Below the pieces are notes generated by a model that worked only from the letters and a program-made list of their open reading frames with translations, had not been told where the DNA came from and ran no database searches. The position numbers and the translations under genes were made by a program. From Octopus sinensis (Eukaryota), in contig NC_042997.1 of NCBI RefSeq assembly GCF_006345805.1, positions 89,466,001-89,530,000 on the forward strand: a stretch of DNA of 64,000 nt, in the 5' to 3' direction. Of this stretch, positions 35,457-48,559 are shown piece after piece (position 1 is the stretch's first letter; every line of letters begins with the position of its first letter).

Positions 35457-35900
35457 TACGTCTCCATAACTTAGCAGTTTGGAGAGACTGACAGAATAAG
35501 TAGCAGGCTTAAAAAAATTTCTTGGGGTTGAGTTGTTCAACTAAAACCCTTCAAGGCAGTGCTCCAACATGGCCATAGTCAAAAGACTGAAACAGGTAAA
35601 AGATAAAAAAAGAGAACACACACACACACATACATACACACACACATGGATATATATTATTTTATTCTTTTATTTGTTTCAGTCATTTGACTGCAGCTAT
35701 GCCGGAGCAACACCTCAAGCAAATCGACCCCAGAACTTATTCTTTGTAAGCCTAGTACTTATTCTATTGGACACATTTGCTGAACTGCTAAGTTATGAGG
35801 ATGTAAACACACCAGCGTCAATTGTCAAGTAATATTGGGGGGGACAAACGCAGACATACAAACATACACACACACATGCATATACATATATATATATATA

Positions 35901-36958
35901 TCATGTCATCCCATAAGTTCTGTTGGAATTTTGACTAAAGAAAACAAGTGATCAAATGTTATATTTAATTGAAATTTAATCATCAATGTACTTTCCCTGA
36001 TTATCTATGACTTCCTTATGTCTATTTACAAGTTTTTTAATCCCGTCAATGTAAAACTCTTTTGGTTTCAAAGGGAAGAACTCTGAAATGTCAGTTTCGA
36101 CCTCCTCCTGGTTTGCGAAAGTTATGTCCCCCAAATGATTCTGTAAACTATGAAACAAATTGTAGTCTGAAGGAGCAAGGTCAGAAGAATAAGGTGGATG
36201 AGGAATTTTTTCCCAACCAAGCTCTTCGATCTTCTGTGATGTGATCTTTGCAGTGTGGGGTCATGCATTGTCCTGATAAAACATCACTCCTTTTCGATTC
36301 ACTAAAGCGAGTCTTTTTTCTTCAAAGCTTGGTTCAATCGCTCTTTTTCCCTTTTACCAAGCCACTCTTTACGATGTTTAACATTTCGATAGAAGATCCA
36401 TTTCTCGTCAACAGTAACAAGTCCATCCAAAAAGGATGAAATCAGTTCGTGAGAATGGAGAGAAGAGCAGATGTCAACTCTGGATTTGTGGTTGCTTTTG
36501 GACAATTCATGAGGCACCCATTTTCCAAGTTGTTTAGGAACCTTTCCAAGTTGTTGAAGATGATGATGAACAGTTGTATGGTTTGAACTAAGCTTTATTG
36601 CCAATTCTTCAACTGATAATGCAGGATTTTCTTCAAGTAATGCCTCAAGGAGCTTATCATCAAATTCAACTGGATGTCCTGTTTGATCTTCATCTTCAAG
36701 GCTTCAGCTGCAGAATTTCCATTTTTGTACTCATAAAGCATTATGTGCCTCAAATGCTCTTTGGATATTTCAATGTTAGAAAGGGGTTTAATCAAAGAAA
36801 TTTTGAGTCTCTTATACTGTAAAATAATATTTAATTAGTTTAAATGTATACAAATGCATAAAGATAATTTTTAATTCCATCAGACATTCTAAAATACTAT
36901 TAAATTTCATTCAATTTTAAAATAGGTAAAATCGGATAGAACTTATGAGATGACCTGA
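35901..36958 (-). mobile_element. Degenerate mariner (DD34D) element inserted in the (TA)n tract of a family A SINE
   Basis: TIRs tcatgtcatcccataagttctg / agaacttatgagatgacctga with TA flanks. Peptides EISKEHLRHIMLYEY, WVPHEL, TVDEKW, ...NQGKYIDD*. Confidence 0.9.
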
Positions 36959-37132
36959 TATATATACATATATAATATATGATGGGCTTCTTTCAGTTTC
37001 TGTCTACCAAATCCACTCACAAGACTTTGGTCAGCCTGAGGCTATAGTAGAAGATACTTGCCCAAGATGCCACGCAGTGGGACTGAACCCGGAACCATAT
37101 GGTTGGTAAGCAAGCTACTTACCACACACCCA

Positions 37133-37226
<94 letters not shown>

Positions 37227-37796
37227 GTCAGTTGTAGTGATTAAAAAGCTGCCTAAACCTAACTGGAGCTATAGTAGAAAATAGATGCCCAAGGTACCAC
37301 ACAGGGGGACTGAAACTGGAACCATGTGATTGTGAAGCAAACTTTTTGTTACACAGTCATATGAGAATAATATTATAGATAGATTATGTCTTTGATTTCA
37401 TTTCATTGTTAAAATTGTTTACTTCTTGACATGCAGTGAAAAAATATTAGATAACAATTCTCAAAGTAGAAGAGGTTACAAGTGTATGATAAGAGCTATA
37501 GCTTTCAGACAAATTGTCTCCTAATATCCAATACTATGTGGAGTTTTACATTATATAATCAAATGTAATTTGGAAAGAAATGATTTATTTCATGAATCTC
37601 CATAACCTTCCAACTTTCAAAATAACTGGGGGATTTCCACAAGTTCTGCTGGTTAAATATTAGATATATCAACCATTTTACTACAGAAATCCCATATATC
37701 CACTCCAAATTTCATTACCTGTAACTACGAAAAGCAGTTTTATATACCAGACTATCTTTTGTTCAAGAAGGTCAAGCTTGAAATTATTTTCTGTTG

Positions 37797-38140
37797 TGTG
37801 TTAAGAAGCTTCCTTCTCAACCACATGATTCTGGGTTCAGTCCTACTATGTGGCCCCTTGGGCAAATATCTTCTTCTATAGCCTTAGGCTGACAAAAGAT
37901 TTATGATGGATTTGGTAGATGGAAACTGAAAGAAGCCCATTGTGTGTGTTTTTATCCCCCACCACTGCTTGACAACCAGTGTTGGTGTGTTTATGTCTCT
38001 GTACTTAGCAGTTCAGCAAAAGGGATCAATAGAATAAGTACCAATTTTTAAATAATATATTAGGATTTATTCATTCAACTAAAAATTCTTGAAGGTGGTG
38101 CCCCAGCATGGCCACTGTCTAATGCCTGAATCAAATGAAA
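37797..38140 (+). mobile_element. SINE family A
   Basis: Head-body-tail match to other family A copies. Confidence 0.75.
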
Positions 38141-38506
38141 TATAAAAGATAAAAGATATATCAAGTTTTATGAGATACCATGACTTGTAGAAAATGCGAA
38201 TTCTGTTTTTTTTTGGTAGTGGATATAACATAGACACAAAGGCTATGATATTCATTGAAAATGTATTATAATCTTGGGATTGCAAATCATTGTAAAAAAT
38301 AACCATGAAATTTAATTTTACAGTTAAAGATTTAATAGCATAACATTTCAATTCACTTCCCTATTTGAAAAGAAAAAAAGAAAATATTTTTCATAAGTGT
38401 GGCTGTATAGTAAGAAGTTTGCTTTACAACCACATGGTTCTGAGTTCAGTCCCACTGTGTGGAACCTTCAGCAATGTCTGCTGCTATAGCACCAGGCTGA
38501 CCAAGC

Positions 38507-40404
38507 ATGCCTGCTTGGATTATCTCAGGATTAAACATAAAAGACCTGGAAGGGACAAAGCGGGCAGCCACAATGCATGTGCAAAACACAATAGCCCTTA
38601 ATGGAAGTCATGAAAGGCATATAAGGAGCCCAACTGTTTATCTTTTCCCTTTTGGGCAGTCAGCTTGCCAACTACCCACAGCTAGGACTGCTAGCTCTCT
38701 TTTTTTGCTTCAGTGCCCTACACATGGTGTCATGATGCCTCTCTCACAGTAGGTACCATCTAATGATATATTCGTTCACTCTGTTTTTGTTTAAACTATA
38801 CATGCCAGAATGCCGTAACGTCTTGCAACGCATCTCCAACAAAATAAAAGTTGTTATATTTAGTTTTCATTTGCATGCAGCCCACACCTAATTAACCCAT
38901 CACCAACCTAACAATGGAAACACACATATACTTGCTAAAGTGGTGAACCCAACGTTGGAGAAAAGCAAAACATTTCTCACATGGCAGTACAGAGCATCAT
39001 AGCGACATTTCTTTCACCAGACTCACACACGCGGCGAGTAACAATGGCTTCACCTTCCAAAACTGCTGTTTCTTATCCACCTTTGTCTATTTTCACCAGA
39101 GACACTCCGTTTGGTTTACCCAAATGACATCCTACTTTGCAGCAAACCACATGTCATCCGAAATGCAGTGTTTGCATCTTCTGATAAGTTCTTTGCTACC
39201 TGCTCTCACGAGCAAAATACAGGATATCATTATGAATCCACTCATGGACGCCAGCTAATACCTCTGTAAAGGTCAAGATTCTATGGTGGAATTCCCTGTC
39301 AGCAGAGAAAAAGTTTCACAAACTCATTAACCTTTCTATTACTGTATTTATTTTGTGTTTCTTTCAATCATTTTAAATGTAACAAAAAATTTAGTAAAAT
39401 AACTTAGTTATCATTCAGCTTGTGTTAGGAACATAAATTGTGGCTAAGGTTTATTGGATGATTTTAATTCAAAACTTATGAAAACAAGACATTTGTACTC
39501 AGGGCCAGAGCTGGTTTCAGCTGGGTTGGTAATGAAAAGGTTAATGATGAACAGCTGGGAGACTGAGCCCTGTCGTAATTACTATGCAGAATGTGCCAGT
39601 TTGCTGAAGGCAATTCATTAGAGTGTGGTCTTCTCAAACTATATTTTTCTTGCCTGCCTGCTAATGTCGAAGCCATCCTCACACCCATGTGTGACATCAG
39701 TACCACTGAACAATTGGCAACATCAGCCGATAAAATAATGGAGATAACCACTCCGATATTACCTTCTCCTTCTTCTCTTTCCATTACTGTAGCGGCCATA
39801 GCATCCCAGTTCCAGGATTTTTGACGTGCCATGGGAAAAATGATTGAAGACCTGGCAACAGAAGTTCGCAATAAGGGATTGGTATATTGGTACCATACCA
39901 ACTTCGGTGCCAAGGCAAGGAATTGCACACCACCTTGCTCTTATAGCACCCAGGGAAACACCTTAGTGGAGCAGTAAGCATGGCTACTGTCTCTGGTACT
40001 ACCCCACCAAGTCGTGCATTTTTTATCAAAGATGAAATTTCCCAGAGGAGTTTCCTGGTTGACTCAGGTGCTGCCAAATATGCACACAGAAAACCTTGTC
40101 CTTCAGCCACTACCTTGCAAGTGGTCAACTATTCACCTATTACCACATATGGTGAAATTTCTCTCACCTTGAATATACAACTCAGACGATGCTTCCAGTA
40201 GGTTCTTCTAGTCGCTGATCTGCCATACCCAATCCTTGGGGCAGATTTCCTCTCCCATTTTACCTTGCTGGTCGATCTGAAAAACAGGTGACTGATCAAC
40301 AGTAAGACACAGCTCAGTGTACATGGCACTGACTGTTTTGTTTCCACAGTCAGCCCAGTTTTCTTTATTGCCACTGCTTCCAACTAATTCCACATATTGT
40401 TGCA
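38507..40404 (+). mobile_element. Degenerate Ty3/Gypsy remnant (LTR-like region, gag, aspartic protease) inserted in a family A SINE
   Basis: PBS-like tggtgaaccc at 38941. Gag peptides LPANVEAIL...LATSADKIME and YHTNFGAKARNCTPPCSY. Protease FLVDSGA and PILGADFL. Many disruptions. Confidence 0.75.
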
Positions 40405-40472
40405 GCCTTGTGAGTAGATTTGGTAGATGGAAACTGAAAGAAATCCATTGAATATATATATATGTACATACA

Positions 40473-41323
40473 CAGGGTGCGGTGAATAAACTGTTATCTA
40501 AATTACGCAAAAATGAAAATAACACTGACATCTTGTGTTTTAACAGATATATTTACCAAAATTACATTAAAATATCTTGAAATACTAAAGAGTAAATTTA
40601 TTCAATAAAATCACCATTCGCTTCAACCACGGCCCCCAGATGACTTCAGAATCTTCTGCAACTCTTCTGGACTGTCTCCATGTTTAAGTTGATGAATACT
40701 GCCATAATTCTTGACTTCAGTTCATCTTTGGTGTTACAAGGAGTTTTGTTGGTCTATTGCTCAACTGTGCCCCACACATAATAATCAAAGTGTTACATTC
40801 TGGGGAGTTAGTTGGCCAGATGTTAGGGTGATGTGGTTGCAGAAATTATCTGACAGCCATGACTGGGTTGTGTTGCATGGTGCAGAGTCCTGTTGCCAGA
40901 CATAGACCCAGGGCAGCACTACCTCCTGCAGATACTTGATGTAGGCCTCTGTGTTGAGTCTGAGGCCATGTGGAAAGATGAATGGAGGCATAACATCACC
41001 ATCACTAGTGATCACTCTCAACACCATGATGTTGTCTGGATGTTTGATTTTTATCACTCTCGGTATATGTCCTCAGAATGCACTATCCTCATATTTACAC
41101 CCAAACACTCTGAAATGTTCATATTGGAGCTTCTAGCATGAATGCCAAGCAGTACAGCATGTCATTTCCTAATTTCTGGCAGAGTGAATTGCATCATGGT
41201 GCTGTTTTTCTCATAGATGGGGCCAACTGACCCTACTATACTGTGTAGTCAACAAAATCAAAAACAATGTGCATGCATGGAATTAAAAATATAAAATGGT
41301 GACAGTTTACCCAATGCACCCTG
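40473..41323 (-). mobile_element. Internally deleted DD37D (maT-type) element, second copy
   Basis: Same TIRs, length (~850 bp) and peptide as 22054-22903, in the opposite orientation. Confidence 0.88.
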
Positions 41324-41668
41324 TATATATGTATGTGTGTGTGGGGGGGACGGTGTGTGTGTGCGTGTGTGTGTGTGTGATTGTCTTTTAGTACATGTTT
41401 GTCCTGCACCATCACTTGACCACAAGTGTTGGTTTGTTTACGTCCTTGTAACTTAGTTGTTTAGCAACAGAGACTGTAGAATAAGTATCAGGCTTTTAAA
41501 ACAAAAAGTAAGTACTGAGGTTAACTTGTTTAACTAGACCCTTTAAGGTGGTGCCCCAGCATTGCTGCAGTTCAATGATTGAAGCTAGTAAAAGAAAGAT
41601 ATTTCTCTCTCTGTTACACACAAACAAAATTTTCTCTAAGATTCATTAAGATTTCTGTTCTGTTTCAG

Positions 41669-41789
41669 TGATTCAAGAAATTCAGGTTCTGTGGCAGATG
41701 ATAAGATGGGGAAGTCAAATGATGTCAAAGACTTTTGTATCTATATTGATAGCCTCCAAATGTTGCCTGATAATGCTTCTATTGTCAAG
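41669..41789 (+). CDS. Exon (2 to 0): DSRNSGSVADDKMGKSNDVKDFCIYIDSLQMLPDNASIVK, start of the second C2-like domain
   Basis: Acceptor ttctgttctgtttcag| (alternative AG gives start 41686), donor aag|gtaagc. Confidence 0.88.
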
Positions 41790-42054
41790 GTAAGCCAGGG
41801 TGATGGATGGCAGTTGTGAAAGTGCTTTGCAATATTTAGTTAAGTCCTGAGTTCAAATCCTGCAGGGGTTGATTTTAACTTTCTTCTTCCCAGTGTCAAT
41901 AACATGATTACCAGTTGTGTAACTGGAATGAATATAATTGTATTCTCTCACCTTCAAATCTTTGATCTTGTACTTAAAAGACTGTTGTTAGTGTAAGTCA
42001 CGAAGAGAGGCACCACCTATACACATAAGTGTATATATAAACATACACACACAT

Positions 42055-42232
42055 ACGTATGTATGTATGTATGTATGTATGTATGTATGTATGTATGTAT
42101 GTATGTATGTATGTATGTATGTATGTATGTATGTATGTATGTATGCATGCATGCATGCATGCATGCATGTATGTATGTATGTATGTATGTATGTATGTAT
42201 GTATGTATGTATGTATGTATGTATGTATGTAT
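42055..42232. repeat. (ATGT)n/(ATGC)n tetranucleotide microsatellite
   Basis: Direct reading. Confidence 0.97.
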
Positions 42233-43362
42233 CAGAAGGAGTCATAAGACAACTGTCATGATATACAGAATGTCTTGGACATTTTAGAGCCAACAAAGCC
42301 TATCTCTTTCCACCTCTAATTACTCTTAATTTCTTCCAGGGAGAGAGGGAGAGGGAGAGAGAGATAGGTGAAGTTGACCTTAGGAGTGTTTGAACACATA
42401 GGGCAAGAATAAATACTGCCCTCTGAGTTCTGACACTTTAACAACTCTGTAAATTATATTTAAATTATATGTAAATATTGTATGTATACATAAATATTGG
42501 ATTATGTTTATAATTATATTTGTTTATTCATAATCATTATCATCATCATCATCATCATCATCATCATTTAGCATCTGCTTTCCATGAGTTAAACAGTTTG
42601 ACTGGAACTGGTAAGCTGGAGAGCTGCACCAGGTTCCAGTTTGATTTGGCATGGTTTCTATGGCTGGATACCCTTCCTAATACCAACCACTCTACAGAGT
42701 GTGATGGGTGCTTTTTATGTGACACCAGCATTGGCCACAACTACAATTTCATTTGGGTTGATGAGTCTTCTCAAACACAGCATATCACCAAAGGTCTTGG
42801 TCACTTGTTATCACCTTGATGAGGCCCAATGTTTGAAGGGTGCTTTTTACCTGACACCAGCATCTGTCATGACTACGATTTCACTATTACATATATATGT
42901 AAGGTGGTGAGATGACAAAATTAGTGGCATGCCAGACAAAATGCTTAGCATCATTTCTTTTGGATTTTTATGTTTCTGGGTTCAAACTCTGCCCAAGTCA
43001 TATCTGCTTTTCATCCTTTTGAGGTCGATAAAACAGTACCAGTAGAACACTGGGGTCAATAAAATTGACTAGACCTCCTCCCACAAAATTTCAGACCTTA
43101 TACCTGTAGTGGAAAGGATAATGATATATATATATATTTTTGCAAAATGTAACCACATGGCGATTTTTTCCCTCCGTCTTCCTTTTTTCTTAGACTTTCC
43201 TCCATCTCCTGTTTCTGCTGAAGAGCTTTACTTGAAACATAAAACCACCTTTCTTTCCTTCCCTGAACATCTGCTAATACTTTGCAATACTTTGCATGTA
43301 CCACACACTCATGTTGTTTTATCTTGTGTTTGTTCTTCATTTTTTTGGATTTACGATATATA

Positions 43363-43405
<43 letters not shown>

Positions 43406-44237
43406 AGTTTCAAATTTTGGCACAAGGGCTACAAGTTCTGGAGAGGAGGCAAGTTGATTACATCAACCCAGTGATCAACTGGTACTTATTTTATTGACCT
43501 CAAAAGGATGAAAGGCAAAGTCAACCTTGGTGGAATTTGAATGCAGCACCTATAGACAGACGAAATACTGCTAAACATTTCACCCAGTATACTAACAATT
43601 CTGCCAGCTCACTACCTTTGTATATATAAATATTGGATTATGTTTATTTTCATATATGTGTATTATTATATATGTATATATAAGTATTACACTGTATTTA
43701 TTACTATCTCCCTGTAACTTTAGGGTGCACCCTGATGCATCTTCACCTCATCTTCCCTCTTTACCAACTGGGGTAGCCATGCGTCTCCTCTATAGTAAGA
43801 TACCTGTTTCAGACACTTTATCATACTTTAACCTCTCAACATTTAACATATAAAGCCACCTCTCCCAATGCTACAACACCCTCAGTTGAGGGATATTTCT
43901 TGTAAGTTACTTGGTGACCTCACTAGTGTTGGTGCCATGTAAGAAACACCCAATATACTCTGTATTAGGAAGTGCATACAGCCACAGAAACCATATCAAG
44001 CAGAAAAGTAGACATTGGAGCTCAGCGCTGTCCTTTGGCTTGCTGGCTTCTGTTGAACCATCCAATCCCTGCTAGCATGAAAAGCAGATGTTAAATGGTT
44101 AGATAGCAGAAGGTATTCCAGGCAGAGGGAGACAAAGAAAGATTTGAAGTGAAATGATTAGGTGAGAACTGAAAATTGAACCTTACAGTTACAATGATGT
44201 AGATCCAAGTTATATGAAGAGATTTTTGTTACAAACT

Positions 44238-44268
<31 letters not shown>

Positions 44269-44358
44269 AGTAATTAAGCTTCAGTTGACTTAGGTACTTT
44301 AAGTTGAAGCACCAAGTCATTCTAGTATTATCTGCACAGCTCGAAGTAAGGTAAATAA

Positions 44359-44792
44359 AATCAAAATAAGCAACAGGATATCAAATAGTAATGCAATACG
44401 ACCATTTCAAGCAGCTCCATTTAATTGAACAGTGCAATCATTACATCAATTTAAATACAGTGCTATCTTCAGCTGCACAAAAAAATATATGGAACTTCAA
44501 CAGGTAGGATGTATTATATAATTTTTCTTAAATATTTTAACAGAGCAAGAAGATGGAAGAAATTCATGCTGTTGCTTTTGTAGCAAGAATAGTGACAACA
44601 TGAATTTCTTGCTGTGTTGAAATATTTAAGAAAAATTATATTAATGTATCCTACCTGTTGAAGTTCCATATATTTTTTTGTGCAACTGAAGATAGAGCTG
44701 TATTTAAATTGATGTAATGATTGCATTGTTCAATTAAATGGAGCCGCTTGAAACGGTTGTACTGCATTAATATCCTGTTGCTTATTTTGATT
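44359..44792. repeat. Long fold-back palindrome, ~200-bp arms, ~20-nt loop
   Basis: 44359-44576 is the reverse complement of 44594-44792, with about a dozen substitutions and two short indels. Confidence 0.92.
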
Positions 44793-45730
44793 ATATATAT
44801 ATATATATAATTTGTATGTGTGTATGTGTGTGTGTGTGTGGTTGTGCATATAGATATACATATACATAAACACATACATTTGATAAGTGCCAATGTATGA
44901 AACTCTCAGCCTGAGTTACTCTGTTGCTTCTGTTAAATATTAATAAAAATACATATATACCAAGTGAGAGCACATAGTTTAGTGGTTAGAGTGTTGCACT
45001 CACAATCATGAGATCCCGATTTCAATTCCTAGACCATGTGGTGTTTTGTGTTTGTGAGCAAAACACTTCATCTCATGTTGCTTTGTGGTCACTTCAACAC
45101 CTGACATGTCGTACATCATGTACCTGTTCAGACAATGTTGATTTGATGGAGAGAGTGAGCTAATGTGCAGCATGAACGTTTGATCACTAGAAACAAATTA
45201 TTTGTGTACATTGTCTGTCAAAAGCTGAACATTCATATGTTGTCTTTGATGGGAGAGTCCATCGTACCAAGGGATAAACCAAGAACGAGATAGTTGTATG
45301 ATATCCATAGTCTCTCTCTCTCTTGGAGAGGCACAAGCACCTACACGCACATATACACACACAGCAGTAACTTCCGCCCACCAAATTCAATCACAAAGCT
45401 TCGGTCGGCCCGGGGCTATAGCAGAAGACACTTGCTCAAAGTGCTACGCTGTGGGACTGAACCCGAAACCATGTAGCTAGGAAACAAGCTCCCTAACCAC
45501 ACAGCCATGCCCATGCTTGGGAATTCAGCCAGAAAATCTAATGGCATTTGCTTCTGATAAGATCCTATGGAGGAGGTACCTGAGGACTCTACCTCTATGA
45601 TTCAACCCCAGGAATAGTGGGTGGAGAAGCTGGATGAGTAACTGGAACTCAGACAAAAAATTTAATACTGAAATATATTTTGTAAGTAGGATATGTCTTG
45701 TAACTCATATGTCTGTATTTCTACTTTCAG

Positions 45731-45988
45731 GTTGTTTCTTATCTAGTTCAGCCATCAAAGCCCTTAACAACAAAACTGCTGCCAACGTTCCCGTCCATTG
45801 ACAGCAAGTGGTGTTGTCCCATGTTTGTCCCTGAAGATCGTTTCATAATGCTAAGGATGAAGGATAACTTACCCAAAGATACCTTTATATTGTTCACTGT
45901 GTATACCATAGACATGAACTCCACCCAGCTGTGTACACTAGGCAATGCATTAATGTGTCTTTGTGAATCTTACAATGATAATAATGAT
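45731..45988 (+). CDS. Exon (0 to 0): VVSYLVQPSK...SIDSKWCCPMF...TFILFTVYTIDMNSTQLCTLGNALMCLCESYNDNND
   Basis: Acceptor ctactttcag|, donor gat|gtatgt, 86 open codons, C2-like strands. Confidence 0.9.
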
Positions 45989-46274
45989 GTATGTAGTTAA
46001 TTTGTTGAGTTAATTTGTTGTTTTAATTGCTCTTTCATCTTACATCACCATCATCCTTATTGTGAACAATGAAACTAACATCAACATAAATTTCACCACC
46101 ACCATTGCCACCACCACCACCACCACCACTACTAATTCAGTAATATTGTTTATTTCTAGTTAACTTTCAATGTTCTCTTTATTAAATATATCAACACTAA
46201 TTTAATTATTGTAAAAATAATTTATATATATAATTTAGGTGCATCATTTTGACTGTGTTTTTGTATGTAAACAG

Positions 46275-46418
46275 GTAAAATTCTGCTCTGGAGGTTATCA
46301 GCTGAAGTTAAGAAGTGGGTCTTTGGACATGTCTAAAAATATCAAGTCTTCAAGCTTAGACAATCTACCAATTGTTCCTGTGGTGTCACTTTTAATTCGG
46401 ATTTTACCTTTAGTGCAG
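46275..46418 (+). CDS. Exon (0 to 0): VKFCSGGYQLKLRSGSLDMSKNIKSSSLDNLPIVPVVSLLIRILPLVQ
   Basis: Acceptor gtaaacag|, donor cag|gtaggt. Confidence 0.88.
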
Positions 46419-46709
46419 GTAGGTGTAAATCAGTAGCTGAATCAACCAGGAAAGTAGTGACCCTATAGGCACTTAACTTGCTAGAAATAATAGTTGAATC
46501 TTCCTTAAATCACACACTGTCATCCTAAATATAAAAAAGATTGCATTGAATACTGTGGTTGTTGATATTGCAAGATAAATTTGCTTTTTTTTTTTCATTT
46601 ATTTTAATCCTTATTTTTCATCAACAGTTTTAACAAATCAGTTAATAATATTTCATTTTTGGATTTGGTTTGCAAGATTCTTTATATGAGTTCGTGTGTT
46701 GAAGCATAT

Positions 46710-46903
46710 TCTGTTGTGTCTAGGGAGAGTCATTTTCTTTTTGTGCCTTATAATGTAACACACTCACTGGTAAAAATTTCCACTTATTTCTTATTTTTAT
46801 TTTTTATTTTAATAAAAATAAGAAATAAGTGGAAATTTTACCGGTGAGTGTGTTACATTATAAGGCGCAAAAAAAAAAAATGACTCTCCCCAGACACAAC
46901 AGA
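46710..46903. repeat. Near-perfect hairpin, ~90-bp stem, 13-nt loop
   Basis: 46710-46799 is the reverse complement of 46813-46903, with about four substitutions. Confidence 0.93.
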
Positions 46904-48559
46904 GTTAATAATATATTCTCCTTTAATGTTTATAACTTTTTACTGATATTCCACTAGCTTGACAATGCTTTGTTGATAGTAATCACTGATTTGTTAAAAT
47001 TATTAATGAAAAATAAGAATTAAAATAAATGGAAAAAAAGCAATGAATTTGACAACCCAATACAAAATGATGCGATACTTTGATCATAGGTCTGCTTGAC
47101 TAGTGTCAACCTAGGGCTAAACAACAACAACAACAATAACAGAAAATTAAAAATACTGGGTAGGAAAGTATTGTGAAAGGAAGTGCAATAGGTAGGGTTA
47201 GCTTAAAAGAAAGTCTATGATCCATTGTGGAGATATATTAGGCCTGTGTAGGCCAAGGAAGGTGCAGACATAGCTGCATGGTAAGAAGCTTGCTTCACAA
47301 CTGCATGGTTCTGGATTCAGTCTCACTGCATGGCTCCTTAGGCAAGTGTCTTCTACAAGGCTGACCAAAGCCTTGTGAGTGGATTTGGTAGGTGGAAACT
47401 GTAAAAAGCCCGTTGTATATATATGTTGTGTGTGTGTGTGTGTGTATTTGTGTCTGTGTTTGTCCCTGTTGTAAAGTGGGTTCCTCTCTCTGGTGTGATG
47501 TGTGACTGCCATTGTACTGTAGTTGCTGTTTTACTTTAGTAGCCACAACAGTTATTGGTCATCAGATACCGTTGTATCTCTTCATACCGGAATAGTAATA
47601 CACTAACTTCTTCTGTCTTACTATCACTGATAGCTCCACGAGACACCAACTAGAACTGTTGACTCTCAACTCTTTGACTCTCAACCCTCTCTTGATGACA
47701 GCTACTGGTCTATTTATAATGTTTGTCTCCTACCACCTTTTACCAGAGGGTATACAGTTTCACTATACAACAGTCTCCCACCATCACTTGACAATCAGTG
47801 TTGGTGTATTTACATCCCTGTAATTTAGCAGTTCAGCAAAAGAGATTGATACAATAAGTACCAGGCTTAAAAAATCTACTGGGGTCGATTCATTTGACTA
47901 AATATTCTTGAAGGCAGTGCCCCAACCTGACCACTGTTTAATGACTGAAGTAAGTAAAAGAATAGAGAAGGAGCAGGGACTAAAAACCTTTGGTCCTTCC
48001 CTCCTGTTCTCATGTTCTGAAGTGGGAGTAGCATAATATGAGGACATGGTTGATACAATTAATGTTTAATTAGAATTGATATAGATTAAGGGTTGAAGTG
48101 GAAGCATGAAAGGGAAGAGAGTTTGCATGAAAGTTTTGGAACTATTTGAATTGTGCATTACTGATGTTGGTGTTGTTGTTGTTGTTGTTGTTGTTGTTGA
48201 TGGTGAGGTTTAGCACAAAGTAGTCCTGATTGAGCAGACTTATTATTAAAGATATTCCAGCATTGACTATCCAATGTGTTTTTGATTTTAAGACACAATG
48301 TACCTTGGATTACATTACCTTATGTGTCCTGTCTTGTTTAAGATGATAGAACATTCCAGCACTGACTATCCTGCCTTTTTTTTACAAACACTATATATCT
48401 AGAATTATCATTATCTAATATACCTTGTTTTTCTTAAGACAGGAAGGATATAGTTTAAGAGAGATTTAGTTGTTATTTCTAACGTATTGAACGACCATGG
48501 AGAGGCTTCGTAATTTGTTTGCATAATACTGATTATAGAGAAGTAGCATACTGACATTA

